In this document: in pieces, positions 44,226 to 53,764 of the stretch
Layout: each line of letters opens with the position of its first letter
How positions within the stretch are numbered: the first letter of the stretch is position 1
Assembly (NCBI GenBank): GCA_045106415.1
Contig: JBGCEP010000026.1
Span: 76,582-140,581, forward strand
Source of the DNA: Oligoflexales bacterium
Lineage (GTDB): Bacteria > Bdellovibrionota_B > Oligoflexia > Oligoflexales > Bog-1112
Length of the DNA stretch: 64,000 nt
Direction: 5' to 3'
Notes under the pieces: model-generated
What the model saw: only the letters and a program-made list of their open reading frames with translations
The model's database searches: none
What the model was told of the DNA's origin: nothing
Translations under genes and position numbers: made by a program

Positions 44226-44489
44226 TTAGAATCTGTAGTGAGCAAAAAGAGTGAGTCTTTTTTCGATTGTCAGCACTTTTTCGATATCTTTTTGACTGTG
44301 AATTAAGTGAGCTTGATACTGAAGGCTTTGGTCATAAAGAGTCAGGAGGCCTGAGGGCCCCTGACTCTGGTAAAGCTCATGAAGTTCACTTTGGATGTCT
44401 TGGATTGATTTCGCATATAAATGATCAAGCTGTGAAGCAAGCTGGATATCGATCATGAGCTTCTCTATCAGTATTATAAGCTTTTCCAA
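44226..44489 (-). CDS. Hypothetical protein
   Basis: 87-aa helical ORF overlapping the end of the upstream methyltransferase gene. Confidence 0.5.
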   Translation of the reverse strand: MEKLIILIEKLMIDIQLASQLDHLYAKSIQDIQSELHELYQSQGPSGLLTLYDQSLQYQAHLIHSQKDIEKVLTIEKRLTLFAHYRF

Positions 44490-45049
44490 ACAAGTAGAAC
44501 AATGACTCCTAATATTGCTGTCAATGTTCGCTTCTCGCTTTTCAGAGCGGGGGTGAAGGTTTCAGGCCACTCTAAGTAATCTAGTTTGAGTGTTTTTCTA
44601 GGTAACCAGCGAGGAACCTCTGTTTTGTATGAAGAAAACTCATTCCCAAACTTTTGAGAAAGAAGGTTCTCTTCGTACTTCACAATATAATGATACTGGA
44701 AACAAAAAAGGCCAAGTGATATCGCAATTAGCCATAAGCTATTGCTGAAAACAGCCATTCCAGCGACGATGCAAAAATTACCAACATAGAGTGGGTTGCG
44801 GACAAAACCAAATGGACCATCTGAAATCAGTTTTTGGCCTGTGCTTCGTGTTCTAGTTCGAGAGACAGAGCCAATCCAAGAGACGCTGTAGATACGAACA
44901 AGCTCCCCTAAGCCAATGCATGCCATTCCTAGAGTAGTGGAAAGAACACTTGGGTCTGCAGTGAACATAAGGAAAAGGATTAAGGGAATTGGGGTGTAAT
45001 CACGCCACTGAAAAAGGGTTTCTCCGATGTGATTTGCCTTTGAACTCAT
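44474..45049 (-). CDS. Isoprenylcysteine carboxylmethyltransferase/PEMT-family membrane methyltransferase
   Basis: LISDGPFGFVRNPLYVGN; EENLLSQKFG..Y...VPRWLP. Confidence 0.85.
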   Translation of the reverse strand: MSSKANHIGETLFQWRDYTPIPLILFLMFTADPSVLSTTLGMACIGLGELVRIYSVSWIGSVSRTRTRSTGQKLISDGPFGFVRNPLYVGNFCIVAGMAVFSNSLWLIAISLGLFCFQYHYIVKYEENLLSQKFGNEFSSYKTEVPRWLPRKTLKLDYLEWPETFTPALKSEKRTLTAILGVIVLLVWKSL

Positions 45050-45732
45050 GCGTCAGCTCCTGATGGTGAACGTAAAAGGATTTGTGATCCTACAAACGTC
45101 GATGGGATCGTGTTTTGCAAAGCATCTATAAACCTATCAGATTCATGATGGGGTGCGCTAGCAAGATCATACTGACCTAGAAATGGAGGGCGCATATGAT
45201 GTAGAGAAATCTTGGTCGATTCACAGAATGTTGCTTTAAATAAAGTTTCAAACTGTTCCCGAGCTTTTTTAGATGTAGAGAAAAGGTAGAGGCGTCCCGT
45301 GTCGGTCAAATATGCGTCGATATAGGAAATCGTAGGAAGTGTGCGCTGAAGAAGATTTTCTCGAACTTCCTCTCGAACTTCCTTACGAGCCTCTCTATTG
45401 AGGGTGTCGCCGTTGCTTTCTTTATGCTGAAGCTGTTCTTTGATCAGTTGCTGCAATAAATGGGCTGAGAGCTGTCTGCGCTCTGTTCTCATACGCAGAA
45501 CGTAACCACCTGATATTCGGCAATCTCGTAGACCCCAAAAGCCATCTTCTGTAATGTCGACAAGATGATCTAATTGAGGAAGAACCCAGCCAGACTTTTC
45601 AAGCCGTGTTGATTGAGCTAGAGATATTCGCCCGCTTTGATGAGATCGAATATCTAAGTCAGCAAAATCAGAAGGCAAACCTCCTGTTAGCTGATACCTG
45701 CAGAATGATAGAGCACCTTGGAAAAGACTCAA
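45046..45732 (-). CDS. rdgC: Recombination-associated protein RdgC-like
   Basis: LRMRTERRQL...REARKEVREEVRENLLQRTLP...FETLFKATF; TTG start after GAGG. Confidence 0.7.
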   Translation of the reverse strand: MSLFQGALSFCRYQLTGGLPSDFADLDIRSHQSGRISLAQSTRLEKSGWVLPQLDHLVDITEDGFWGLRDCRISGGYVLRMRTERRQLSAHLLQQLIKEQLQHKESNGDTLNREARKEVREEVRENLLQRTLPTISYIDAYLTDTGRLYLFSTSKKAREQFETLFKATFCESTKISLHHMRPPFLGQYDLASAPHHESDRFIDALQNTIPSTFVGSQILLRSPSGADA

Positions 45733-45821
45733 TGTCGCCTCGCTTGATAGCAAAAATAGCATTGCCAGCCGCCACGATAGCAGGAGGTTTATGGATTTTC
45801 AATCTGTTGCAGGGATTTGTT

Positions 45822-45848
45822 TTAAGAGTTTGAGATATCTTCCGATCT
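45822..45848 (+). promoter_or_regulatory. sigma28-like promoter
   Basis: TTAAGAGT-N11-TCCGATCT upstream of the 45891 ORF and the RomR-like gene. Confidence 0.45.
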
Positions 45849-45890
45849 CTTGAGTATATATTTTCAACATTCAAGATGAATGGATAAGCT

Positions 45891-46187
45891 ATGGATCGTG
45901 AAGTCACCGATTATGATACATACCGCCAAATTATGGATGAGTTGATGCGCCCTATCCAAGATGAAGGTCTAGACGTGATGACTTTGAAGAGGTTGTATGA
46001 GAGCAAACTAGTTTATTTAGAGAATCTAAGAACAAAATGCTTTTGTGCAATAAACAGAGGTGAAGGTCATTTTCAGATGGAAGACTATCATGTGATTTTA
46101 GGTGCTGTTCAAGAAACAAAACTTCATTTACGGGATCTTGTTTTGGTCGCAGTGACTGAGTCTTTAGCTCTTCGTAAGGTTGTCTAA
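45891..46187 (+). CDS. Hypothetical protein
   Basis: 98-aa helical ORF with a plausible promoter. Confidence 0.6.
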   Translation: MDREVTDYDTYRQIMDELMRPIQDEGLDVMTLKRLYESKLVYLENLRTKCFCAINRGEGHFQMEDYHVILGAVQETKLHLRDLVLVAVTESLALRKVV

Positions 46188-46236
46188 GAACCTTATTCTC
46201 GTTATCTTCAATACATCATACATATTGAAGGAACGA

Positions 46237-46950
46237 ATGATGAAGATATTAGTAATTGCAGACTCTTCACCTACGATTCGTAAAGCTGCACGAATTGCTC
46301 TTGACGCCTGTGATTTTCAGGTGGAAGAAATAACTTGTAGAGCTGATCTAGAAGAATATCTCTCGAATCACTCCTTTGACTTTTTATTGTTTGGGTTCTC
46401 TAATCAATTTGATTCGAATTCTCGGAGTGATCTCTCTCTAGAAGCTTTACAAAAAACACTTTTGCTTTATTCAGAAAAAGACAATTTAGAAAAAGAAGAT
46501 TGGTTGAAACTTGGATTTTTGCATGTTTTACAAAAGCCGTTTTCTGCTCAGCAGTTAATGGATGCTACTTTACAGATGTCTTCTTCTCATGAGCCTTTAA
46601 TAAAAATGCCGAATGATGAAAATTTGGGAGCTTCTGCACCTGAGGTTCCGATTCATGTAACCGATATTTTTGATGAGCAAGAAAAGATTTTGAACGAACG
46701 TAGCCAAAAAGCCTCGTTGAGGAGTGGTGGGTCTTTACTGCAAGAGGATGATTTAGCTTTAAATCAAGATCTTACTCAAGCTTCTGAGAATGTGGCTTTG
46801 AGTGAGGGTATGAAGGCGTTTTTAAGGCAACAAATAAAAGAATTTTGTCGTCAAGAATTTCCCCTGTTAGCGAAAGAAGTTTTGTCTGAAGAGCTGCAGA
46901 AGTTATCTAATAAAGCTCAGGAAAGATTTGTTGATTCCTCGAAGGTTTAG
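46237..46950 (+). CDS. RomR-like atypical response regulator
   Basis: ILVIADSSPTIRK...LQKPF receiver; acidic linker; C-terminal FPLLAKEVLSEELQKL; directly upstream of nadC-birA. Confidence 0.6.
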   Translation: MMKILVIADSSPTIRKAARIALDACDFQVEEITCRADLEEYLSNHSFDFLLFGFSNQFDSNSRSDLSLEALQKTLLLYSEKDNLEKEDWLKLGFLHVLQKPFSAQQLMDATLQMSSSHEPLIKMPNDENLGASAPEVPIHVTDIFDEQEKILNERSQKASLRSGGSLLQEDDLALNQDLTQASENVALSEGMKAFLRQQIKEFCRQEFPLLAKEVLSEELQKLSNKAQERFVDSSKV

Positions 46951-47048
46951 TGTTTGTAGTGAGAGGCTGTTTTAGATTGACCCTTGAAAACTATAAGTTT
47001 TTTGAGTTATATCTTTCGGTCTTTGACTCTTCTTTTGATGGATAGATT

Positions 47049-47891
47049 ATGTTGGAATTTCATGCGTTGCAAATAAGTAAAGTTGTCGATCAGGCCTTGC
47101 AGGAAGATTGGGCTCATGGGGATTGGACGACGGATGCCTGTGTTCCAAAAGGTACTGTTGTTCAGGCTAAAATTGTAGCAAAAACAAATCTAGTGGTTGC
47201 AGGTCTTGATGTTTTAAAACACGTCTTCCATCGAGTTAATCCTGAACTTACTTTAGGTTTTCAGGTTGAAGCAGGCCAATATGTTGAAAAAGGAAGCGTG
47301 CTGCTTACAATTTTTGGTTGTGCGCGATCTGTTTTAAAAGCAGAGCGAGTGGCGCTTAACTTTTTTGCGAGACTCTGTGGAGTCGCAACGCATACTTATT
47401 CACTTGTAAAAGCTCTTGAAGGGACTGAAACACAGCTGTTAGACACTCGTAAAACAACTCCAGGGCTACGTATTTTTGAGAAAGCAGCTGTTGCCGCTGG
47501 AGGAGGACGCAATCATCGGTGGTGCTTGATGGATGGTGTTCTTATTAAAGAAAATCATATTCGTGCTGCTGGTGGTTTGACTTTAGCCATCGATAGGGTG
47601 CGAGGTGTTTTGCCTCCGCATTTAAAGGTTGAGGTTGAAACAACTTGCTTTGAAGAAGTTCAAGAAGCTGTGCAGGCTGGTGCTGAAATGATTATGCTTG
47701 ATAACATGCCGCCAGCACTTATGGCCCAAATAGTGCAGTGGGTAGATAAACGAGCAACGTTAGAGGCTTCGGGGAATATTACACTCGATAATATTAGGGA
47801 GATTGCTGAAACTGGAGTCAACTTTATTTCTACGAGTGCTATGTTTCACTCTTCAAAGTGGGCAGATCTTAGCTTATTGGTCGAGCATTGA
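47049..47891 (+). CDS. nadC: Quinolinate phosphoribosyltransferase
   Basis: LDTRKTTPGLR; LIKENHI; EVET; IMLDNM; EASGNI. Confidence 0.96.
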   Translation: MLEFHALQISKVVDQALQEDWAHGDWTTDACVPKGTVVQAKIVAKTNLVVAGLDVLKHVFHRVNPELTLGFQVEAGQYVEKGSVLLTIFGCARSVLKAERVALNFFARLCGVATHTYSLVKALEGTETQLLDTRKTTPGLRIFEKAAVAAGGGRNHRWCLMDGVLIKENHIRAAGGLTLAIDRVRGVLPPHLKVEVETTCFEEVQEAVQAGAEMIMLDNMPPALMAQIVQWVDKRATLEASGNITLDNIREIAETGVNFISTSAMFHSSKWADLSLLVEH

Positions 47892-48829
47892 TACCGCTCC
47901 AGGTTTTTAACACCCTTGATTCAACTTCAAATGAGGCTCGCAGGCAGCTTGAAGCGGGTGTACCTCCTTCTTTTGCTATTCGAGCTCGTCAACAAACTCA
48001 AGGGCGAGGGACTCAAGGAAGGCAATGGCTTTCCGGGGAAGGTAGTTTAGCCTTAACTCTTGTTTGCTCGTACACTTCGCACTGGGCTCCATCGCTTCAA
48101 GCTGGTGTGATTGTTGCTGAGTGGTTAGAGCGGTGCGTAGGTCTTGAGATTGGACTGAAGTGGCCAAATGATCTTATGGTACGAGGCGAAAAAATTGGTG
48201 GAATTCTATGCGAAACTCACCATACTCAAACAGGCTCTGTTCTTATGATCGGAATCGGCATAAATCTCAAAAAAAATCTTTCAGCTCAAGAAAGCTTTAC
48301 TTATCAAGTAAGTTCTTTAGAAGAGCAAGGAGTGGGGAAAGAAGGTGGGAGATATCTCGATCTTGATCGAGACACCCAAAGTTTTCTCTCTCTTTGGGAA
48401 AAACGTTGGAATGATGTGTCTTTACCAGATTATTTAAAATGGAGCGTCTCGCTTGCTCAGCCTTACTATGTGGATGGAAAGCTTGAGATTTCAAAAGATT
48501 TTGGTGAAGATGGTGCGTTTATAGGGAAGCATAAAGCTTACTATAGCAGTCAAGGTTTGCGATGGGCTTATCAAAAACCTTCAGTGGAAGGCCTATGGAT
48601 TGTGAAAGAAGATAAAGGTGAATTGGCATGTTTTTATTTCCGTGACCCGTGGGGACAAACCTTTGAGCGGATTTCTGTTAACACTATGAGTCAACCTCCT
48701 TGTGTCGGATGGCCATTGTACGTTGTAGAGAAGGGCTGGGTTGAGCCTTCAGGGGTGTGGGAAGTGATTCGTCGTCCGGCTTTAAAGCTGAAAGAGATTC
48801 ATGAAATTCGAGATGTCATTTTGAGATAG
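47888..48829 (+). CDS. birA: Biotin-protein ligase (no N-terminal HTH) with C-terminal extension
   Basis: LDSTS; QTQGRGTQGRQW; LKWPND; KIGGILCE; GIGINL. Confidence 0.9.
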   Translation: MIPLQVFNTLDSTSNEARRQLEAGVPPSFAIRARQQTQGRGTQGRQWLSGEGSLALTLVCSYTSHWAPSLQAGVIVAEWLERCVGLEIGLKWPNDLMVRGEKIGGILCETHHTQTGSVLMIGIGINLKKNLSAQESFTYQVSSLEEQGVGKEGGRYLDLDRDTQSFLSLWEKRWNDVSLPDYLKWSVSLAQPYYVDGKLEISKDFGEDGAFIGKHKAYYSSQGLRWAYQKPSVEGLWIVKEDKGELACFYFRDPWGQTFERISVNTMSQPPCVGWPLYVVEKGWVEPSGVWEVIRRPALKLKEIHEIRDVILR

Positions 48830-48838
48830 GGATGTGTC

Positions 48839-50296
48839 ATGCATGCTTTGTTACGTTATAGCGGTGAATTAAGTATTAAGTCTGAACGAGTGAAAACTCG
48901 TTTTCAAAAAAAATTAGCGCAAAATCTACAACATATGTTGAAAGATCTTCGTCTTTCGGGAAAAGTGCAGCGTTCAAGGTCTCGTATCGATATGTTTTGT
49001 GATGATTTGGACTCTGAGCAAGAAGCACTTTTGGCAAAGCATCTGAGCCGGGTGCCTGGAGTGGTATCTTGGTCGAAGATTGAGCATGTTTGTTCAGCTT
49101 CTATGTCTGAAATTATTGAGGTAGGAACACGCTACTATAAAGATTTGGTGAAAGGTCGTAAATTTGCTGTGGACTGTCGACGTTCAAGTGCGGTGAAGTT
49201 TCGTTCAATTGATGTCAACCAGCAGTTAGGAGCTGCTTTAAATGCTGATTTAGATGCAACAGTTGATTTAAAAAATCCTGAAGTGAAAGTGCATGTCGAA
49301 ATCAGAGATGATAAAGCTCTTTTTTATAGTCATGTTTATCCCGGGGCTGATGGTTTTCCTATTGGCACGGGAGGTAGAGTTGTCTGCCTCCTATCAGGAG
49401 GGTTTGATTCTGCTGTTGCAGCATATATGGTTCAGAATAGGGGCATTGAAGTTGATTACGTTTTTTGTAATTTAGCAGGAAAATCATATCAACGATCTGT
49501 CCTACGTATTGCTCGGCACCTTGCTAAAGAATGGTCTTACGGAAGTCAGCCTCGTTTTCATACTGTGGATTTTCAAAAGATTTCAGATCATATCAAATCA
49601 GAGGTACGACCACGCTACAGCCAAGTTATTTTAAAGCGCTTGTTATATAGAGCTGCTGAAAGAATAGCTGAAAAAGTTGGTGCTGAAGCTATTGTAACAG
49701 GTGAGGTGATTGCGCAGGTTTCATCACAAACTCTAACAAATTTAAGGGCAATTGAAGTGGATACGTCTTTGCCTGTGTTGAGGCCGATTCTCACTATGGT
49801 CAAAAACGATATTGTTGCTTTAAGTCGCAAGCTGGAAACTTTTGATATGTGCGCACCCATCCAAGAGTACTGTCAGCTTGTACCTGAAAAGCCTGCGACA
49901 GCGTGTTCTGTTGAGGTTGCTCGAGAAGAACATGAAAAGTTAGATGTGTTAATGATTGACGGGATTATTGATGAAGCCGAAGAAGTAAAGCTGTCTCAGG
50001 TCTCTGATGCTGATTTACTGGCTCCTTTTGTGCTTATTGAAAATATTGAAGATAAACATGTGGTGCTTGATATTCGTGCGAAACGAGAGTTTGAACGCTG
50101 GCATGTTGAAGGAAGTGAGCGCTACGAAAGTAGAGATTTAGAAGTTAAATTTAAACAACTCGACAAAACAAAAGATTATATCGTTCTCTGTGAGGTTGGA
50201 GTTGAAAGTGCTGTGATTGCTGAAATGATGCAGTCAGCAGGCTATCATTGCTATTCTTATAAAGGCGGCGTTGCTCGTTTGAAAAAAGACCATTGA
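48839..50296 (+). CDS. thiI: tRNA 4-thiouridine synthase with C-terminal rhodanese
   Basis: ELSIKS; THUMP domain; LLSGGFDS; QVSSQTLTNL; rhodanese Cys (VLCEVG). Confidence 0.95.
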   Translation: MHALLRYSGELSIKSERVKTRFQKKLAQNLQHMLKDLRLSGKVQRSRSRIDMFCDDLDSEQEALLAKHLSRVPGVVSWSKIEHVCSASMSEIIEVGTRYYKDLVKGRKFAVDCRRSSAVKFRSIDVNQQLGAALNADLDATVDLKNPEVKVHVEIRDDKALFYSHVYPGADGFPIGTGGRVVCLLSGGFDSAVAAYMVQNRGIEVDYVFCNLAGKSYQRSVLRIARHLAKEWSYGSQPRFHTVDFQKISDHIKSEVRPRYSQVILKRLLYRAAERIAEKVGAEAIVTGEVIAQVSSQTLTNLRAIEVDTSLPVLRPILTMVKNDIVALSRKLETFDMCAPIQEYCQLVPEKPATACSVEVAREEHEKLDVLMIDGIIDEAEEVKLSQVSDADLLAPFVLIENIEDKHVVLDIRAKREFERWHVEGSERYESRDLEVKFKQLDKTKDYIVLCEVGVESAVIAEMMQSAGYHCYSYKGGVARLKKDH

Positions 50297-50313
50297 ATTT
50301 ATAGTGTGCCTTT

Positions 50314-50371
50314 AAAAAGCTATTCATTTTAAGGATTTAATTTTCACTCTGTTACAATGAATAGCTTTTTT
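50314..50371 (+). terminator. 15-bp inverted repeat after thiI (long loop)
   Basis: aaaaagctattcatt-N27-aatgaatagcttttt. Confidence 0.5.
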
Positions 50372-50738
50372 GTGTGAACCACAACATGAATTTTGTTTTA
50401 ATTATTACAGAATCGCTCTCTTAACTTGCTAAGAATATTTTAAAAAAAGAAGTTGTGGGTGAAGGCCTTTAGCAAAGGGTGGGATCGCCGAATATGGTTA
50501 TGTCGGCAAAGCTGGCATAACAGGACCTTTCCACAGGTGAGAGGGGGTTTCATGACGAAATGTATAGATTTGATGTTTGAAATTTGGAGGTTAAACACTC
50601 AAATCAACATATTTTGGCGGACGCTTGGTTCTCACTGTTCCCATATCCTTCCAGGAAATCTCGCCTTAATAGGTGTTGTTTTATAGCGCCTGCAACCTCG
50701 TGCACTGGTAGCCTTCTGGCTACCGGTGACCTGCCTTT

Positions 50739-51701
50739 TCATTGAGTTGTAGTACAAGGTGATTTGCACTGAAACTCTCCAAGTTTAGGAGGGCTCCCTG
50801 GAATGACGGGGTAATAGCCAAGAATGTCTTTGGGGTGTACGTTCCCAATAATAGCGACCTCTTTTTCTTCCGGGTAAAAAACTTTATCACCAAGAGCTTT
50901 GTTGACGTCGACACTTCGAGCTTCAGGTGTTCGAATTTTAAAGACAACACCGCCGTTTTCAGCAAATTGAAGGGCAATGCTTTTATCATAAGAAGTCGAG
51001 ACAAAAAGGCTTTGTTGTGTCTTTCCCTCAAGTCCGGTTCCGAGGTGATGTTTTTTTATTGTATTAAAAATAAGAGTGTCTGGGGAGATGGCTCCTGTTT
51101 TGAAGTTGAAAACAGCAGGAGAGTCAATGCCCTTATTTAATAAGATATTCGCTGTCGCCTTCGTGATTTTCATGCCTCTGAAAACTTCGATTCCTTTTGG
51201 AACTTTTGCGAAATCAAAAACCTTTTTTTTCCTATTGATATAAACGTCATGATTTGTCAGTGTTGAGTGTTGATTAATATCTTTAGCTGTGATGATTTTT
51301 TTACTGCCTTCGATAGGATCAAATTTTGGTTCTTTTTTTTCTTTGTCTTTTATAAATGCATCGCGTTTGCTGATATCCTGAGAATGGCTAACGTCTGAGG
51401 AAACTTTAATATCTTTTGTGCTTTTTGAAAATTTTGTAGGTTGAGTTGTAAGCGATAAGGAAGAAGTGTTCCCTGGAAGGACGAGGCTGTAGTTGACAAC
51501 AAGAACAATGTTTTTACGTTCTTTTATAGGGTTTAAATAAAATAAGTCATTGGCGTTAAGAGTATTTTGATCAATATGCAGTAAGGCGATTTGCTTGCGA
51601 GGCTCTGTTTTTTTATTTTTGTGGGTATGTTTAGGAGACTTTAGAGTCAACCCACAGTGAATCAGAAGTGGTATGATAAATAAAATTTGGAAATACTTCA
51701 T
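50739..51701 (-). CDS. Lipoprotein with C-terminal R-S-E ADP-ribosyltransferase domain (scabin/pierisin/enterotoxin-like fold)
   Basis: Lipobox-like LIHC; EVFRG; FVSTS; VDVNKALG...YPEEKEV...G.VHPKDI.G. Confidence 0.75.
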   Translation of the reverse strand: MKYFQILFIIPLLIHCGLTLKSPKHTHKNKKTEPRKQIALLHIDQNTLNANDLFYLNPIKERKNIVLVVNYSLVLPGNTSSLSLTTQPTKFSKSTKDIKVSSDVSHSQDISKRDAFIKDKEKKEPKFDPIEGSKKIITAKDINQHSTLTNHDVYINRKKKVFDFAKVPKGIEVFRGMKITKATANILLNKGIDSPAVFNFKTGAISPDTLIFNTIKKHHLGTGLEGKTQQSLFVSTSYDKSIALQFAENGGVVFKIRTPEARSVDVNKALGDKVFYPEEKEVAIIGNVHPKDILGYYPVIPGSPPKLGEFQCKSPCTTTQ

Positions 51702-51738
51702 GCCTTGACCTAAGTCTTGAGAAATTGAACACTATGAC

Positions 51739-51765
51739 TTATCGGTCTTCTGAATAAAAACTTAA
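51739..51765 (-). promoter_or_regulatory. sigma28-like promoter for the ADP-ribosyltransferase gene
   Basis: TTAAGTTT-N11-ACCGATAA, two mismatches to the extended consensus. Confidence 0.65.
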
Positions 51766-52080
51766 TGTTTTTTAGTTTTGGTCGTTTAAAAGTTGATTTT
51801 ACTTAAATTTCCGTAGGTTGATTTAAGTAAATTCACAACAGGGGCTGAGATGATCCAAACCAAAGCTCTTTGAATCTGAAGTCACCGCAATGCAGATCAT
51901 GTCAATGAATTTTTGTTGGTATTGAGGTGAAAATATATGGATTTTCATGTAGCAGAAGCAAAGGTGACTGAGTGCATAAAAATATGTTTAATTTACGTAA
52001 TGAGTTGTGATGCAATACAAGCTCGTCGTGAGTAATCAATCTATGATAGTTTATAGTGTGAATTTTATCTTGGAGCAGCG

Positions 52081-52863
52081 TTGATGCAGTATTTTCAGTG
52101 GGATATAAACCCTATTCTTTTGACGATTTATGGTTCCTTTGGTTTGCGCTGGTATAGTCTGATGTTTCTTGCAGCAATCCTTGGAGCAAGCCGTATTGTG
52201 TCTGACATTATGGACAGAGAAGGTAAGGAAGAAGCCCTCAAAGACTCTCTTTTGGCTCATATGGTTGTGGGAACGATTGTAGGAGCTCGTCTAGGCCATT
52301 GTGTTTTTTACAACCCTTGGCATTATTTTACTCATCCTTGGGAAATCTTGATGACCTGGGAGGGGGGGTTGGCGAGCCACGGAGGTTTTATAGGTATTCT
52401 GATTGCGTTACTTGTTTTTGCAAAGAAGAATAAAGAGACTCCATTTTTATGGCTCGGTGATGTGATGGCCGTGGCGACAATTTTCTCTGGAGGGTGTATT
52501 CGTATTGGCAACTTCTTTAACTCGGAAATTATTGGAAAAGTTACGGATGTCCCATGGGCAGTTGTTTTTCAAAGAGTAGACGGATTACCACGCCACCCTA
52601 GTCAGATATATGAGGCATTAGGCTTTTTTGTGATTAGTAGTTTTATGTGGGTGCTGTACCATAAGTGGACTCGCAGGGTTTTGGGACAGCTGCTTGGAGT
52701 TGGATTTATTTTAGGTTTTTCATGGCGGTTTTTCATGGAATTTTTCAAAGAAAACCAAGCTGCTTTTGAAAACCAACTGGCTTTAAATATGGGCCAACTT
52801 CTGAGTCTTCCATTTATACTTATAGGCTTTGGGTTACTGTTTAAGTTACATGAAAAAAAATAA
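52081..52863 (+). CDS. lgt: Prolipoprotein diacylglyceryl transferase
   Basis: LRWYSL; GARLGH; GGLASHGG; RIGNFFNSEI; RHPSQIYEA. Confidence 0.96.
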   Translation: MMQYFQWDINPILLTIYGSFGLRWYSLMFLAAILGASRIVSDIMDREGKEEALKDSLLAHMVVGTIVGARLGHCVFYNPWHYFTHPWEILMTWEGGLASHGGFIGILIALLVFAKKNKETPFLWLGDVMAVATIFSGGCIRIGNFFNSEIIGKVTDVPWAVVFQRVDGLPRHPSQIYEALGFFVISSFMWVLYHKWTRRVLGQLLGVGFILGFSWRFFMEFFKENQAAFENQLALNMGQLLSLPFILIGFGLLFKLHEKK

Positions 52864-53649
52864 TTATTGTTCGGAGACAAGGTTAAAGGCATTGATATTT
52901 CCAGCTAGATCAACACAGTCCAAGCTTACGTACTCGAGAAGTACAGGAAGCGCGTGGGAAATGAGTTGAACTTTATATTTTGTGTCGCCTTGTTCTCCGT
53001 TAATATAGTCTGCGGGAAGTTCATTTTTGTCTGGGTCTCTTAAGATACAATTTGCACCAGTCAAATCGTCAACATCAAGAGCAACTGTGAGAAAATAGCT
53101 TTTTTCATCGCTATCGCTAACGACTGTTTTAAATTCGCCAGATCCTTGAATGTTAGGCCCTTGTCTATCAACAATGATCTTAATCGGCTCCGGAGCTGTG
53201 AACTCTAAAGCTTGAGGAGCGCTGACTTCATACTCACCATCTTCATCCGTAAATTGTAAGTCAAAATAAGCGATGGGGCCGTTTTGATAAAGTGTTTCGA
53301 CTCCACCTGAGGGGCCTTTTAAAGACATAGCGAGGTTGATCTCTGATAGATGTGATGCAGTGATGCTTGCTTTTGCGTCTGGATCTAATATTTCTGCCAC
53401 CATACGCGTTGAGATAGAGCTTGCTCTTGTGATCGCCACTCCATCTTTTATCGTAAGAGGAATATCAAGCCTTAGCTGTTGTTTGTTAGGGCCAAGGGCT
53501 TGTGAGCTATTGAGGTCGACTTGGCTTGAGGGGGATGTGGACGTATCGTATACTTCAGCTGCGCTGCCTCTATTATTTATTTTTTTTTGAGGCTGGCCGC
53601 AGTGAGCTGTTAGAAAAGCCAGATTTAAGACAACAAATTTCTGCCACAT
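52864..53649 (-). CDS. Hypothetical lipoprotein (Ig-like beta domains likely)
   Basis: LTAHC lipobox; D..GP and DLAGN motifs; GGAGG RBS. Confidence 0.65.
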   Translation of the reverse strand: MWQKFVVLNLAFLTAHCGQPQKKINNRGSAAEVYDTSTSPSSQVDLNSSQALGPNKQQLRLDIPLTIKDGVAITRASSISTRMVAEILDPDAKASITASHLSEINLAMSLKGPSGGVETLYQNGPIAYFDLQFTDEDGEYEVSAPQALEFTAPEPIKIIVDRQGPNIQGSGEFKTVVSDSDEKSYFLTVALDVDDLTGANCILRDPDKNELPADYINGEQGDTKYKVQLISHALPVLLEYVSLDCVDLAGNINAFNLVSEQ

Positions 53650-53689
53650 AGAGAATCCTCCGAAAGCACCGCAGTTAGGTGCGTTAAAG

Positions 53690-53716
53690 ATATCGGGTCT
53701 TCAGGTAGAAAGTTGA
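53690..53716 (-). promoter_or_regulatory. sigma28-like promoter for the lipoprotein gene
   Basis: TCAACTTT-N11-CCCGATAT. Confidence 0.55.
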
Positions 53717-53764
53717 GGTTTTTTTATTCTAGCCTTTTTTTTTAAAAAAAACAGGTCCTTAAAG

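Noticed and set aside
50460..50525. c-di-GMP-I riboswitch (GGCAAA/GCAAAG words)
   Set aside because: Order and pairing do not fit the GEMM consensus, and there is no credible downstream gene
51799..51830. dif/Xer site
   Set aside because: The spacer is 12 bp rather than 6 and the arms do not match the XerC/XerD pattern well
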